Positions 16,137-26,233 of a DNA stretch of 33,095 bases are shown piece after piece (within the stretch, counting starts at the first letter, position 1; every line of letters begins with the position of its first letter). The notes below the pieces were generated by a model. It did not search any database, was not told where the DNA came from, and saw only the letters and a list, made by a program, of their open reading frames with translations. The position numbers were made by a program, and so were the translations under genes. Origin of the DNA: a virus (Duplodnaviria > Caudoviricetes); IMG/VR virus record IMGVR_UViG_3300038477_000063, positions 1 to 33,095 of that record; one strand, written 5' to 3'.

Positions 16137-16874
16137 TTAGGGCCAAAAGGGCACGTTAAAGTTTCCAATCGGGCTCTGCCGGCTGTTGGGATAATCCGGG
16201 AAGTAGTTTGGAACATTGAAGAGCGAACGCTGTGGCTGGGAGTTCGCTTTGGTGTCGGCAAACGGCTTCCAAAGTAAGTCCAGGCTCTGATAGGCTTTCT
16301 TCCGTTCGACTTCTGCCGCTTGCGGATTCTTCTTCTTCTCGCTGTCCAAAGCCTCGCTGTAAGCCAGTTGGATAATGGCTTCGTTGCCGCTGTACTGCTC
16401 GTTGTCGCTGATGGGCGAGAAGGGCAGCAGGTCGGTGGGGTTCGTCAGGTTCGGCGCGATAGCCTTGCCGTACAAATCGAAGGTATCGACTCCCTGGCTG
16501 TAGGCGTTCTTGTTTATGAAAATGTAGGTCTGGGTCTCGGCCCAGTAGCGGCTGCTGTCGGCCGGGTTGACCGCAAACCAGCGGAGGTAGTCCTCGATGA
16601 GGAGCTTCTTGTATTCCTTGTTTCCCGCTCTTAGCAGGTAAATACTGCCGTTCATTACATCCTGGGGATAGTCATAGTAGTCGGTGTTGGCGATTGTCGT
16701 GGCAGTCTTCACGGCCTGGCTAAAAGGCCACGGCTTATAGTCCCAAGCTCGGATTAGCCCTTCCTGGATGTAGCTGCTCAAATCGGCGTCGCTGAAAAGG
16801 CCATTATTGGCAATGTCGTCATAGTTGATATCCAGTTTTCTTGCCAAGGCGTACTTGGCTTCGGAGAATTGCAT
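16137..16874 (-). CDS. Putative head-tail adaptor / tail tubular protein A-like
   Basis: L..YI.EG...W....WPF...Y.YP.D pattern common to podovirus adaptors; position in the operon. Confidence 0.6.
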   Translation of the reverse strand: MQFSEAKYALARKLDINYDDIANNGLFSDADLSSYIQEGLIRAWDYKPWPFSQAVKTATTIANTDYYDYPQDVMNGSIYLLRAGNKEYKKLLIEDYLRWFAVNPADSSRYWAETQTYIFINKNAYSQGVDTFDLYGKAIAPNLTNPTDLLPFSPISDNEQYSGNEAIIQLAYSEALDSEKKKNPQAAEVERKKAYQSLDLLWKPFADTKANSQPQRSLFNVPNYFPDYPNSRQSPIGNFNVPFWP

Positions 16875-16893
16875 AAAAAGCGATTTTTAATGT

Positions 16894-17499
16894 TTAGTCA
16901 CCTGCAAAAAATAGGGCGTTAGAACTAATAGGCGGTGCCAGCGAAATAGAAAAGGTTGAACGCGGAGAGAAATTATAGGAGCCTGGAGTCCAAGAAGTTG
17001 AAACACTTACACCGGAGCCGCTGGTACTCTGTACGCCAAAGATGCCTGTGAGGGCATACTGGATGTAACTTTGGCCGGAACCGGCAGACATCGCAGAAGA
17101 ACCTGAGCCGTTAACTGCTCCGCAGAGAATTAGGCCGCTGTTTACAGTGGGCGTAATATTGTTAATTAACGTTGCGGCTGACAGGACGATGGAAGTGGTG
17201 TCATATGGCGCGGCAAGACTTTGGCCGGAGAAGGTATAAAGGATGATTTCCGAAGCTCCCCCCAAAGAAAGAGTATTGGTGCCGGAAGCCGGATTGGGCA
17301 GATAGAATAGCCAGAAGGAAGCGCCATAAACGGAGGATATCTGGCCTAGTGAAGTAAAGGACGCTCCGTTATATGTAGGGGCAGTCGGCGCGCTACCTGC
17401 CAAACAAATAGCCCATGCCACGACGTTTTGGTTTGAGCCAACGAGATTGACGCTGGCGCCGGATGAATATGTATTGGCTGCGAGAAAAGTGACGTTCAT
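16894..17499 (-). CDS. Tail/fibre-associated beta-rich protein
   Basis: S/G/T-rich, TYNG..FT and FYL.NP.SG motifs; coupled to the upstream gene. Confidence 0.55.
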   Translation of the reverse strand: MNVTFLAANTYSSGASVNLVGSNQNVVAWAICLAGSAPTAPTYNGASFTSLGQISSVYGASFWLFYLPNPASGTNTLSLGGASEIILYTFSGQSLAAPYDTTSIVLSAATLINNITPTVNSGLILCGAVNGSGSSAMSAGSGQSYIQYALTGIFGVQSTSGSGVSVSTSWTPGSYNFSPRSTFSISLAPPISSNALFFAGD

Positions 17500-18129
17500 T
17501 TAGGTTGTGGCATAATTAGCGTTTTGGGCTCCATCGTAAAGACTTTCCTTTGAGGAATAGACAAAGCTGTAAATGTCCTTGTGGCCACTGGTGGCTGTGG
17601 CTGTTGGTGTGGTACCGGAGGGCCAGCGGACAGTTGAGGGAAAGGTAGGGACATAGGCTCCTGCGACATGAAGAAGGTAACGACCACCGGACAGGGGATT
17701 ACTGAAGGTTAAAGTCGTGGCTGCCGATAGGGTAATGTACTGCACGTTGCCATTGTTCCAGTCAATGGTGGCGCTTCCGGATACCGTCCCGTTGTCGTGT
17801 TCTGCTGAGGCATACTGGCCGGTTGCTGCTGTTCCTACCTCAACAAAGGTGCCCGTGCTCGGAATAAACTGTTGCCATACATTGTTGATGTAGAGCCAAA
17901 GAGATTTCGTAGTGCCGTCATCCTCAAACTGAATTTGGTCGGGAAACGATTTCGGGGCGGAGGTCGGCGCGGCGGTTAGCGGCTGCTTTAGTTGCCTGAT
18001 GGTCGTTAGCAGGCTTAAAAACTGGTTCATCACCTGGTCATCTTCTTCGGGCTGTGGCTGGGCTTGAGACGGCGCCATGAACTTTACATTGCCGTTTTTG
18101 ACTTCTTGGTTGAGTTGGGCTTGGTCCAT
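17500..18129 (-). CDS. Tail fibre-related protein
   Basis: SLWLYINNVW motif and C-terminal TIDWNNGNVQYITL...TFSN...WPSGTTPT...DIYSF fibre domain. Confidence 0.6.
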   Translation of the reverse strand: MDQAQLNQEVKNGNVKFMAPSQAQPQPEEDDQVMNQFLSLLTTIRQLKQPLTAAPTSAPKSFPDQIQFEDDGTTKSLWLYINNVWQQFIPSTGTFVEVGTAATGQYASAEHDNGTVSGSATIDWNNGNVQYITLSAATTLTFSNPLSGGRYLLHVAGAYVPTFPSTVRWPSGTTPTATATSGHKDIYSFVYSSKESLYDGAQNANYATT

Positions 18130-18133
18130 AAAA

Positions 18134-20044
18134 CTATGATGTTATGAGTCCTTGGTCTGAGTATATGAACTGGCCGTCTGTAATATCCAGTTCGGTGTTG
18201 CTGATGTTTGTAAAAAGAAGCTTCAACAAGAACCGCTTGCCTTTGTATTTGTTCTTGATGTCAAAGTACACGTCCCGAAGCTGGGCGAGATTTGAGAAAG
18301 TGAACGTCTGCACGAGCTTGAATGGTGAGACGGAAATCGAGACACCGACCTCGGTCGTGTTGGGCAAGGTGGTGACAGTCCAGGTTTCCTGGCTTGTGCC
18401 CTGATTGGCTATGGTGGTGATGTGCGCCACCTGCCCGGCATTGACTCCTTCAAGGACGGTTACCTCATCCCCAATTTGCGCTACTGGGATGCCTCCCGCG
18501 ACTGTGCCGTTAACGGTAATGTGGGTGGTATTCAGGGTCCCGCTTACGGTTGTGAGGGTTGAGTACAGGGAGCGCTGGAAGTTATAGACTTTCAGTGCTA
18601 CCGAATAGGTATTTGCTCCGACCGAACTTGACCGGGGGTTCTCAAGGATTGTAAATTTGGCGGCGTCAGCCGTCTTCTCGTTTCCGGCGAACGAAGTCTT
18701 GCCGTCCCCTAAGCCTTTCGGCTCCGTGATGTAATAGGCTGATGTCGGAGGCGCGTTTACCAGTTTCGCGATGGCGGTCGTGGCCGGATGAGCAGACGAA
18801 TAGCCGAGGTGGACGTTATAGACACCGTCAAAGAAGACGCCTCCCATGCTGAGATTGTATTGAACCCCATTGGAAACTGGCGCGAACTCGAAACATCTGG
18901 TCTCAATATTGAAAATGTAAATCCCCTGGCCTCTGCGCGCGAAGCCGCTACCACCAAAAAAGACCAAGTACCTGCCAATTAGAGTTATGCTGTTTGGCGT
19001 CAGGTTGTTGATGATATAGCTGAATGTGAGGCGGTCGTCCGGCAGCATCTCGTAAATTGGCGTGACGATGTAGCCATTAGTCAGGTAGATGCCGCGAGTG
19101 GTGATGACGTAATAGCCGAGATATCCTTCGTTGGTGGGGACGATGGCTTTGATGTTGGCATTAAACCAAATCCATTCTGAAATGGAACCATTGGCAACCG
19201 CGTCCCAAAGGAATATCGCGCCTTTCGTGTTAGTGTTTACGCCGACAAGGATGCCTGAAAGCCCGGCCCTTAGCGTGGCAACGGTGTATCCGCTCGGCAA
19301 TTCGAGACCTTGGTTGTTAAAGGAGTCATCGGTTACGTTCAATATGGCCACATTATTGACATTGGCCATTACAACCCAGTCCTCGTATAAGTCCATCTGC
19401 CGCAGACCTAACGTGGAAAAGGCTGAACCGAAATCTTTCCACTGCTCAGTTGAACCCATATAGATGGAATAGTTGCCGAAACCTCCTGTGCCTGTGTAGT
19501 TGGAGCTTAATGTCAAGTGGGTAGAATCAGTTACCGTCGAGACGGTATAGATTACGCCTGATTGAAGGCTGAACGTGACTTGTTTGCCGACCATAGCCGA
19601 AGTGAAGCTCGTGCTGTACCCGATGACCGCTGAGCTGCTCGTATTTACCTGGACGGTCCCTGCTGTCGTCGCTGCGGTGGCGCCGTCCCATTTGGAAAGG
19701 TAGCGGTCGCCGGCAATAAGGACACGGCCGGTCTGGTCAACAATCATGCCGTTGCCATGCGAGTTGGTAGCCAGAGTATAGGCTTTGGCCCAATTCAGCG
19801 AAAACAGGTTGGCAGTGTAGATATTTCCGCTCTGGTCATAGGCAAACACGGAACTGCCGTTCGTCGCAAACCAGTTCGTGAGGCTAAGCCCAGAAAGCGT
19901 GCCGGAGGTTACTTCGTCAGTGGTTGCCCAATTCGGCGTGAGGCCAAACTGGGTTTTGCACATTCCCTGAGAATAGAAATACTCGCCCTGCTGGGCGCCT
20001 ATCCCGAACCCATTGAAGTTTTGGATTGGTTCAACTTGAATCAT
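18134..20044 (-). CDS. Putative tail nozzle / tubular protein B-like (beta-propeller) with inserted small beta domains
   Basis: 636 aa of short beta strands; position between fibre and adaptor genes. Confidence 0.6.
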   Translation of the reverse strand: MIQVEPIQNFNGFGIGAQQGEYFYSQGMCKTQFGLTPNWATTDEVTSGTLSGLSLTNWFATNGSSVFAYDQSGNIYTANLFSLNWAKAYTLATNSHGNGMIVDQTGRVLIAGDRYLSKWDGATAATTAGTVQVNTSSSAVIGYSTSFTSAMVGKQVTFSLQSGVIYTVSTVTDSTHLTLSSNYTGTGGFGNYSIYMGSTEQWKDFGSAFSTLGLRQMDLYEDWVVMANVNNVAILNVTDDSFNNQGLELPSGYTVATLRAGLSGILVGVNTNTKGAIFLWDAVANGSISEWIWFNANIKAIVPTNEGYLGYYVITTRGIYLTNGYIVTPIYEMLPDDRLTFSYIINNLTPNSITLIGRYLVFFGGSGFARRGQGIYIFNIETRCFEFAPVSNGVQYNLSMGGVFFDGVYNVHLGYSSAHPATTAIAKLVNAPPTSAYYITEPKGLGDGKTSFAGNEKTADAAKFTILENPRSSSVGANTYSVALKVYNFQRSLYSTLTTVSGTLNTTHITVNGTVAGGIPVAQIGDEVTVLEGVNAGQVAHITTIANQGTSQETWTVTTLPNTTEVGVSISVSPFKLVQTFTFSNLAQLRDVYFDIKNKYKGKRFLLKLLFTNISNTELDITDGQFIYSDQGLITS

Positions 20045-22545
20045 TGCGGGTGTTGATATTTGTTAGAGTAGGAAGTATTTTGCTGACTTAGCTTGTCGCT
20101 GTATGGCGTGCCTTGCTGGTTGTACTTGTTGCCATAGGAACTGTTCTGCTTGAAGTATTTATTGGCGTACATTACCAGGAGGCCATTGAGGTAGACTTTG
20201 ACCTTTGCCAGTCTGCTTGCCGCATTGCTTACCATGGCTACCGCATTCCGAATAAAGGTCATTGAGCGGGTTACCACTATCAAGCGGGCGGCGGCATAGG
20301 AGGTCGTTACTGAGGCGATTCGTTTGACAATCTTCCCTTTTACTGCGCTGGCAAATCGCGTAGCTGCATTTGAGACAGAGACCGAGACGTTTCGTATGTA
20401 GGTAAACCCTCGAATGGCCGTTGCAAACCTTGAAGCGGCATTTGAGACCGTGGCTGTAGGATGACGCAGTATGGTTAGCTTTCTAGCCACTGAAGCGAGC
20501 CTTGAGGCGGCGTTGGATACTGCCGTTGTCGCTATTCGGGTCATGGTGCTGATTCTGGTAGCGGTGATACTCCGTGAGGCTGAACGGCTCGTCGCCGCGG
20601 AGGCAGTGCGTTTTGAGGTCAAGGAGCGAGCGATAGCGGTCAATCGGCCAACTGCATTTGAAGTTGAAACCGAGGCTGTGCGGATAATGATGTGGATCTT
20701 ACCGGCCACAACGGTAGCCAGCCTGCCGGCGGCGTTAGACACTGCGGCAGAGACCTTGCGAATCAGGACGAAGCCTCTTGCCACCGTTGTGCTCCTTGAG
20801 GCTGCGCGGCTTGTGGTGGCCGCTGCGGCGCGGTTCAAGGTAGTCTTTCTGACAACTGTGGCAAGTCTGCTGACCGCGTTGGAAGCGGATATTGCGGCGG
20901 TCTTCTTGATAATGCGTTGTTTGACTGCTGTAGCGAGACGGGATACTGCATTGGATACTGAACCGGACGCTTTTCTGATAAAGGTGGTTTTACGAACTAC
21001 TGCGGCCAGACGCGATACCGTGTTGGACACTGAGGCAGCCGCAGCGCGAACAATAGTCCTAACTCGGTTGGCGGTGGCCAGTCGGGCCACGACTCCATAG
21101 ACATACCAAATGAGGTCATTGCTCGCAAAGCCCGCTGTCCAACTGGAACCAGACCAAGAGTATGGGTTGCCGTGATATGTACCACCAGAACCAACGAAAA
21201 CAAAGTTTGAGCTATCACCGCCACTGTATTCAATCGTAACTCCGTAATAGGTACTGGCTGAAAGAGAAATACGGTTGGCCCCACTAAAGGAAAACGTTAT
21301 TAGCTGATGGGTAACCCCGCTTATTGTGGACACATCCACTGAACCCGATGTAGCTAAGGCAGCGCCAGTGGGTACGGCATTTGTGCCCGGCGTTCCGGTT
21401 AAGGCATAGATAGTCGCAACTGCGTTTCCTGTGGGAGAGCCAGACTTCATCAAGTAGAACTTGCAACTATCCAAGACGTTTGCTGTAGCGAGAAATGCCT
21501 GGCCAATCTTGGTGTTCTCAGCCGCTCCACCGCCCAATTGGGAATTGCCAGAGTAGTTTGTCTCGCTGTAACTGTCTACTATGCCAGTTCCACTGTTTGA
21601 TACCGATGCAGAGGCGGTGCGGAGATACGTGAGCTTTCGGCCAACCGCAGCGAGCCTTGAGACGGTATTGGAAACGCTGGCTGCTGCTGTGCGAACAAAC
21701 CCTTTTACTCTAGTGGCGGTTGCTGACCTACTCGCCGCTCGGGAAACGGTGGCTGATGATGCACGCTTGACGGTAAACAGTCTGGCTACGGTCGCCACTC
21801 GGGAAGCTGACTTGCTGACTGAAACCGAGGCGGTGCGGGGGTAAGTGGTACTCCAGGTACCGTTATAAAGGTTGGAAACTTCGGTAGCGGTAAGAGCACG
21901 GGAGAAAACAGCAACATCATCAGCCGTAATTAGTGATTGGTTCAGGAATGAAGAATTGTAAACTCTCGCACCAATACTACAGCCATTTGTATATTGAGTT
22001 GAACTGCCATTTCCACTGGCAGAGATTGGAGTTCCCACCACGCTTCCATTTAAGTACCCTGTTAATGTGGTTCCGTTATAAGTCAGGGCAACATGATACC
22101 AAGTCCCGACTGTGAGAGTAATACTATATGGGATTGTCTGGTCGCCTGTTACTCTACGTCCTCTGGCGAAAATTAGCTGGGGACTGCCACTATTGTAATA
22201 ATACTCAATATAATAATCCGTTTGGGTAGTATTATCGCTTTGAGAGAAAAAATCATAGTTTACTGCCGTGCCGTTGATTTGGGTGTTGACGTTAATCCAC
22301 CCGACCAGACTGCAAGCTCCACCGCTTATCCCTAAGTTATCGCCAAGGTAAGACAGCCATAGGTCATTCGCAAGTGTTGTTCCAAAGTTTGCTCCATTGT
22401 TGAATTTTGCGCTGGTAAATGTAACCGAGTTGTTGTTTGTGAGTGTTCTGCTTCCCTTACTGTCAGAGGTATTTTCCAAACGGTAATACGCAACGAGGTT
22501 AGCGTCGGAATAGAGAGGAGTTGAGTATAGTTCTACTGCGGCCAT
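20041..22545 (-). CDS. Fibre/adhesin: LamG domain + 16 x 24-aa Arg-rich repeats + inserted beta-sandwich
   Basis: LVAYYRLE...WYHVALTY...YLNG...DDVAVFSRALTATEV (LamG); repeat R[T/A]AS.SVSNA.SRLA.V.R. Confidence 0.8.
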   Translation of the reverse strand: MAAVELYSTPLYSDANLVAYYRLENTSDSKGSRTLTNNNSVTFTSAKFNNGANFGTTLANDLWLSYLGDNLGISGGACSLVGWINVNTQINGTAVNYDFFSQSDNTTQTDYYIEYYYNSGSPQLIFARGRRVTGDQTIPYSITLTVGTWYHVALTYNGTTLTGYLNGSVVGTPISASGNGSSTQYTNGCSIGARVYNSSFLNQSLITADDVAVFSRALTATEVSNLYNGTWSTTYPRTASVSVSKSASRVATVARLFTVKRASSATVSRAASRSATATRVKGFVRTAAASVSNTVSRLAAVGRKLTYLRTASASVSNSGTGIVDSYSETNYSGNSQLGGGAAENTKIGQAFLATANVLDSCKFYLMKSGSPTGNAVATIYALTGTPGTNAVPTGAALATSGSVDVSTISGVTHQLITFSFSGANRISLSASTYYGVTIEYSGGDSSNFVFVGSGGTYHGNPYSWSGSSWTAGFASNDLIWYVYGVVARLATANRVRTIVRAAAASVSNTVSRLAAVVRKTTFIRKASGSVSNAVSRLATAVKQRIIKKTAAISASNAVSRLATVVRKTTLNRAAAATTSRAASRSTTVARGFVLIRKVSAAVSNAAGRLATVVAGKIHIIIRTASVSTSNAVGRLTAIARSLTSKRTASAATSRSASRSITATRISTMTRIATTAVSNAASRLASVARKLTILRHPTATVSNAASRFATAIRGFTYIRNVSVSVSNAATRFASAVKGKIVKRIASVTTSYAAARLIVVTRSMTFIRNAVAMVSNAASRLAKVKVYLNGLLVMYANKYFKQNSSYGNKYNQQGTPYSDKLSQQNTSYSNKYQHPQ

Positions 22546-22600
22546 AAAGTTAAAACCTTATCCCTGCCCCCGAAACTCGGAAGCAGAAAAAGCTTTTAAG

Positions 22601-23239
22601 CTAGATGTTTACCGTCCAAGTTACCTGCAAGATATCGTTTGTGGCCATAACCGCCGAAGTGCCGAAGTTAACTTCCGCAAAGAGGTTGCCGGTAGAGGCC
22701 GCGTCAAATAGACCCGTAGAGACTACAGTCGTCCCTGCGCCGGTCAAAGTGAACTGCTTGTAGACATCGTAGGAGGCCGCCCCGTCAACGGTAGTGCCAG
22801 GCGAGACATAGTTTTGCGCTGTGCCGAGAGCGCGAGCGATACCAGCGACAACAGTTTCAGAGGTCAAAGTGGTGTCGCCATAGGCGGGAGTCAGCGAAGC
22901 CGTGGACAACGCAATGTATAGCGGCGGCAACGGTGACGAGATGCTCCCCAATGCTGAGCCGGACATTAGGGAAGCCTGCAAGGCCGCTCCTTTGTTGACA
23001 CGGGAGTTGTAGACAAAGTTCAAGAGCCCCGGCTTGGCGTAAATCTTATTGCCGTCTTTGTCAAAACCCTTAAACTTAATGAGCTGGTAGCCTACACGGT
23101 TGAAGCCGCGCAGTCCGAACTGAAAAGCCAAGTGTTTGCCAACCTGAGTGAGCAGGAACTTCTTGAGCAGCCGGGCAAACAGTCCGGTCTGCCTTTGCAG
23201 AGGCACAGAGACCTCCGCGTTTGCACCTTTATCGTTCAT
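22601..23239 (-). CDS. Virion/tail-associated structural protein
   Basis: YIALST....P...DTTL..E...R...GLFDAASTGNLF....F...D.LQVTW pattern of phage tail-associated proteins. Confidence 0.65.
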   Translation of the reverse strand: MNDKGANAEVSVPLQRQTGLFARLLKKFLLTQVGKHLAFQFGLRGFNRVGYQLIKFKGFDKDGNKIYAKPGLLNFVYNSRVNKGAALQASLMSGSALGSISSPLPPLYIALSTASLTPAYGDTTLTSETVVAGIARALGTAQNYVSPGTTVDGAASYDVYKQFTLTGAGTTVVSTGLFDAASTGNLFAEVNFGTSAVMATNDILQVTWTVNI

Positions 23240-23300
23240 AGATGTGGTGATTAATTAATTCTCAAACCCTGAACCCTGGGGAGAGCCCAGAGCCTGGGAA

Positions 23301-23636
23301 CTACGCGTTAGTGACAAGTTTGAAGTCACAGGATGAAATTGTGCCGACGTTGGTATACAAGCCGCTGGTTCCTGCCACCGCGTCGGTCTTGTAGAAGAAA
23401 CAGTTCTTGGCAAAACCGGAGAGCCCATTACTCGGAACCGAGGTTCCTGAGCACTCTGCAATATACGTGTTCGCTGGGTCCATGCGGATAACCACATTGG
23501 ACAAGTGCGGGACACGTGCGTTTAAGAATGCCGTTTGGGAAGCGGTGCGCTTCGCGGATGGAATTGCCAGAATTGAGTTAACCTGCGCCTGTACGTCTGC
23601 CGGCAAGTCACTCAGAGTGAGGAAGTTTTGTGGCAT
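23301..23636 (-). CDS. Small virion/decoration protein
   Basis: Downstream of the capsid gene; P....GFAK.C.F...D....LY.N.GT C-terminal motif. Confidence 0.6.
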   Translation of the reverse strand: MPQNFLTLSDLPADVQAQVNSILAIPSAKRTASQTAFLNARVPHLSNVVIRMDPANTYIAECSGTSVPSNGLSGFAKNCFFYKTDAVAGTSGLYTNVGTISSCDFKLVTNA

Positions 23637-23654
23637 GGTGAGTGGATTAGCGGA

Positions 23655-24152
23655 TTAGAGGGTGGAATACTGGGGGAAGAAATCGCCCAGTGTGTTAACG
23701 TAGACAGCGTTCGGGACAACGGTTGCATCGTCCAAGGGCGTGGTGCCTCCGGTGAAGTTGCCGGTGCCGGTCGGGTTGATGATGACGAAGCCGACTGCTA
23801 CGGAGCCGTCAGGAACGGCCGGGAAAACGACACCGCCCAAAGTGGCGGCCTCAGTTCCCATTTGTGTGGCAAAGGTACCTGCGGCGTTAACGGAGAACAC
23901 GAAGACGTTAAATTTGGCATTCGTGACGGTACCAACAAGCGCGGCACAGTCGGCTGCGGTCTTGGAGTAGACCTGGCCGTCAATCATGAAATAGATGGTG
24001 TTGACGGTCTTTGCCAGCGCTGAGCCCGCACCGTGAATGGCCAAGGCTCCGGTTGTCAACAGTTCGCTGGTTGTTGACCTTTGCAGCTTGTCGAGCACCG
24101 TGGACAATTCGCCCTCAGAGTTCGGAAAGCCGATAGATTTAGTACGAGACAT
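23655..24152 (-). CDS. Putative capsid decoration/cement protein
   Basis: Immediately after the major capsid gene; Ala/Gly/Thr-rich beta protein. Confidence 0.55.
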   Translation of the reverse strand: MSRTKSIGFPNSEGELSTVLDKLQRSTTSELLTTGALAIHGAGSALAKTVNTIYFMIDGQVYSKTAADCAALVGTVTNAKFNVFVFSVNAAGTFATQMGTEAATLGGVVFPAVPDGSVAVGFVIINPTGTGNFTGGTTPLDDATVVPNAVYVNTLGDFFPQYSTL

Positions 24153-24177
24153 GAGAGTAATAGATTAGTTGATAGGG

Positions 24178-24210
24178 GAAAACCCCGGCCCACTTTGGGC
24201 GAGCCGGGGA
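24178..24210 (-). terminator. Terminator after the major capsid gene
   Basis: Minus strand CCCCGGC...GCCGGGG followed by TTTT. Confidence 0.7.
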
Positions 24211-24218
24211 TATTGTAC

Positions 24219-25331
24219 TTAGGCGGTGAACTTGACGAAAGCAGTCGCGCCGAATTTGCGGCGTTCATCGGCGACTTTCGCGCCGTAAACGAACAAATCC
24301 TTATACGCTGATCCGAAGTTACCAATCAGGTCTTCTTCCATGCCAACGTTCAAAGCTTTGTCGGCAAAGGTTAAGAAGTTCTTCTGACCGGCTAACACGT
24401 GGTAGCCGTTGGTGTTGTCGCCAACCAGGCGGTTGACTTTGAAGACCTTGAAGCCTTCTAATTCCGTCACGAAGCCTTTGACAATCAAATCTTCGTAAGC
24501 GGCCGGAACGTTCAGCTTGATGCTGCTGTCCTTTAGCAAAGCAGTCATGCCCGCCGGAGGAATAAACAGGAAGCGGTCTTCGTCCGGGACTTCGTTCTCG
24601 TCCAAGCGCTGTTTCAGCGTGGTGCACATATCTAGGAAATGCGCGCCGGTAGTGCTGTCGTCAATGGTCTTGACGGTAGCGGCCTGGATGGTATAGGAAG
24701 CACCCGCGCCAATGGCGCCGCCGGTGTAGGTGCCGCTGGCCACATCGTCGTCGGTGTCATTGACGATGGTGATGTGAGTGGTATCGGTGAACGTAGCAAC
24801 TCGGTACCAGGCGGTTTGACCCGTAGCCTGGAATCCGCAGCCTACCATGGCAGCGGTGAAGGTGGTGCCGGAGCCGGTGACATTGCCGGAGCTGTCAACA
24901 GTGACAGTGCCGGTGGTGTAATCAACACCGACCGCAGAGCCCGCAGCCGCTTTGGTGTAGAAACCCATCAAGAACTTCATGATGTTTTTCTTGCGCTCGT
25001 TGGCGGTCTGCTCAAGGACTGTACCTTTCGGTTCCTTGATGTAGCTCTGGAACTTGTTTATCGTCTTCTCACGCCAGTAGAACGATTTCCACTGGTCTAT
25101 GGTTAACTGACTATTGACCTCGGTGAGGTCGGCGGGCGTGAGGTTCGCCCCGTTGTAGGTCTGCTCGGTTAAGCGGGCAAAGTTGAGCATGTTCAGCTTG
25201 GAGCCGACAGCGTCAATTTCCCCTTCGTAATCGCGATTGACCACTTCCTCAATGGGGGCGTATTCGTAAATAGCTTTTACAAGCTTCTGCGAAAAGGCCT
25301 CCGCTAACTTGGTGCCGTATGAGGATGGCAT
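24219..25331 (-). CDS. Major capsid protein (HK97 fold, P22-coat-like)
   Basis: VNRDYEGEI...G..L; LTIDQ.K; LDENEVP..DR...PP; GFKVF..N; DLFVYGAKV; follows the scaffold gene. Confidence 0.9.
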   Translation of the reverse strand: MPSSYGTKLAEAFSQKLVKAIYEYAPIEEVVNRDYEGEIDAVGSKLNMLNFARLTEQTYNGANLTPADLTEVNSQLTIDQWKSFYWREKTINKFQSYIKEPKGTVLEQTANERKKNIMKFLMGFYTKAAAGSAVGVDYTTGTVTVDSSGNVTGSGTTFTAAMVGCGFQATGQTAWYRVATFTDTTHITIVNDTDDDVASGTYTGGAIGAGASYTIQAATVKTIDDSTTGAHFLDMCTTLKQRLDENEVPDEDRFLFIPPAGMTALLKDSSIKLNVPAAYEDLIVKGFVTELEGFKVFKVNRLVGDNTNGYHVLAGQKNFLTFADKALNVGMEEDLIGNFGSAYKDLFVYGAKVADERRKFGATAFVKFTA

Positions 25332-25373
25332 GGGTTTAGTTGGGAGCTAGACACAAACCGCTGAAAGTGAGGG

Positions 25374-26174
25374 TTAGACTTCGGTTTCAATCAGGTTCGC
25401 ACGAACGAGGCGCATGTACTCTTTATAGTTGGTTTCCCTGATGACTTTGGCCTGCTCAAGCGTAATCTTCTGCTGCTTGACAGGTCCTCTCGGGCCTCCG
25501 CTGCCTCTGGGTAACCCGCCTGCGGGCTGCGCCGGGGAAGGATTGGCTGGAGGAGTAACAGGTGGCTGCGCGGGTTGCGTGCGGCCGGAACGTACAAGGT
25601 ACGCGTCTGCGAGCGTTTGGATGTCAACGCCCTTGTGCTGGGGTTTGAAAACGAATTCCTCGAACTTCTCGTCGCCTCTAAGCGTGGTGTATTCAGGTCT
25701 GCGTGTGAGCGCCCTGAGGTCCGCCTCCCATTTGCGGCTGGCCTCCTGCTCGATGAGCGTGAGGTTTATCCGCATCTGGCGCTTCTTGTTTTCCAGCGTA
25801 TCGCGCATCAACTTTTGGGTGACGGCATTGTACGCTTTGTAATCCGGGTATTCGGCAAGAAGTTCTGGCTCGTTGGGTGTGTCTTCGCTGGTTAATTTAT
25901 GAAGGATATCTTCCAAACTCTTGTTCTTGGAGTTTAGAATTATGCCCTCGCTGGAGCTTTGCCGGTAGCGTTCTTCAACGGTCGGCTGAGCTGGCGTGGC
26001 GGGTGCGGGTTCCGGTGCCGGCTGAGGAGTTGGCTCAGGTTGTGGCTGCGGTTCCTGCGGTTGAGGCTCGGGTTCTAGAGCGGGAGTCTCGGGCACTACT
26101 TCTTGGTCAGCTTGTGGAGTGACCGGTTCCAGGTCTTCCGTCCCGCCGGGCGGGGTTGGGATGTTGTCTGGCAT
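25374..26174 (-). CDS. Capsid scaffolding protein
   Basis: P/E/Q-rich N-terminus, coiled coil, flexible linker, C-terminal helix-turn-helix; directly upstream of the capsid gene; SD AAAGGA. Confidence 0.75.
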   Translation of the reverse strand: MPDNIPTPPGGTEDLEPVTPQADQEVVPETPALEPEPQPQEPQPQPEPTPQPAPEPAPATPAQPTVEERYRQSSSEGIILNSKNKSLEDILHKLTSEDTPNEPELLAEYPDYKAYNAVTQKLMRDTLENKKRQMRINLTLIEQEASRKWEADLRALTRRPEYTTLRGDEKFEEFVFKPQHKGVDIQTLADAYLVRSGRTQPAQPPVTPPANPSPAQPAGGLPRGSGGPRGPVKQQKITLEQAKVIRETNYKEYMRLVRANLIETEV

Positions 26175-26233
26175 AAACTGTCCTTTGAATGCCGTCCCTG
26201 CAAGAGGGGTTGGGCTTGTTAAGGTAAAAGAAA

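Noticed and set aside
20471-21100. 209-aa + strand repeat ORF
   Set aside because: Antisense mirror of the fibre repeats.
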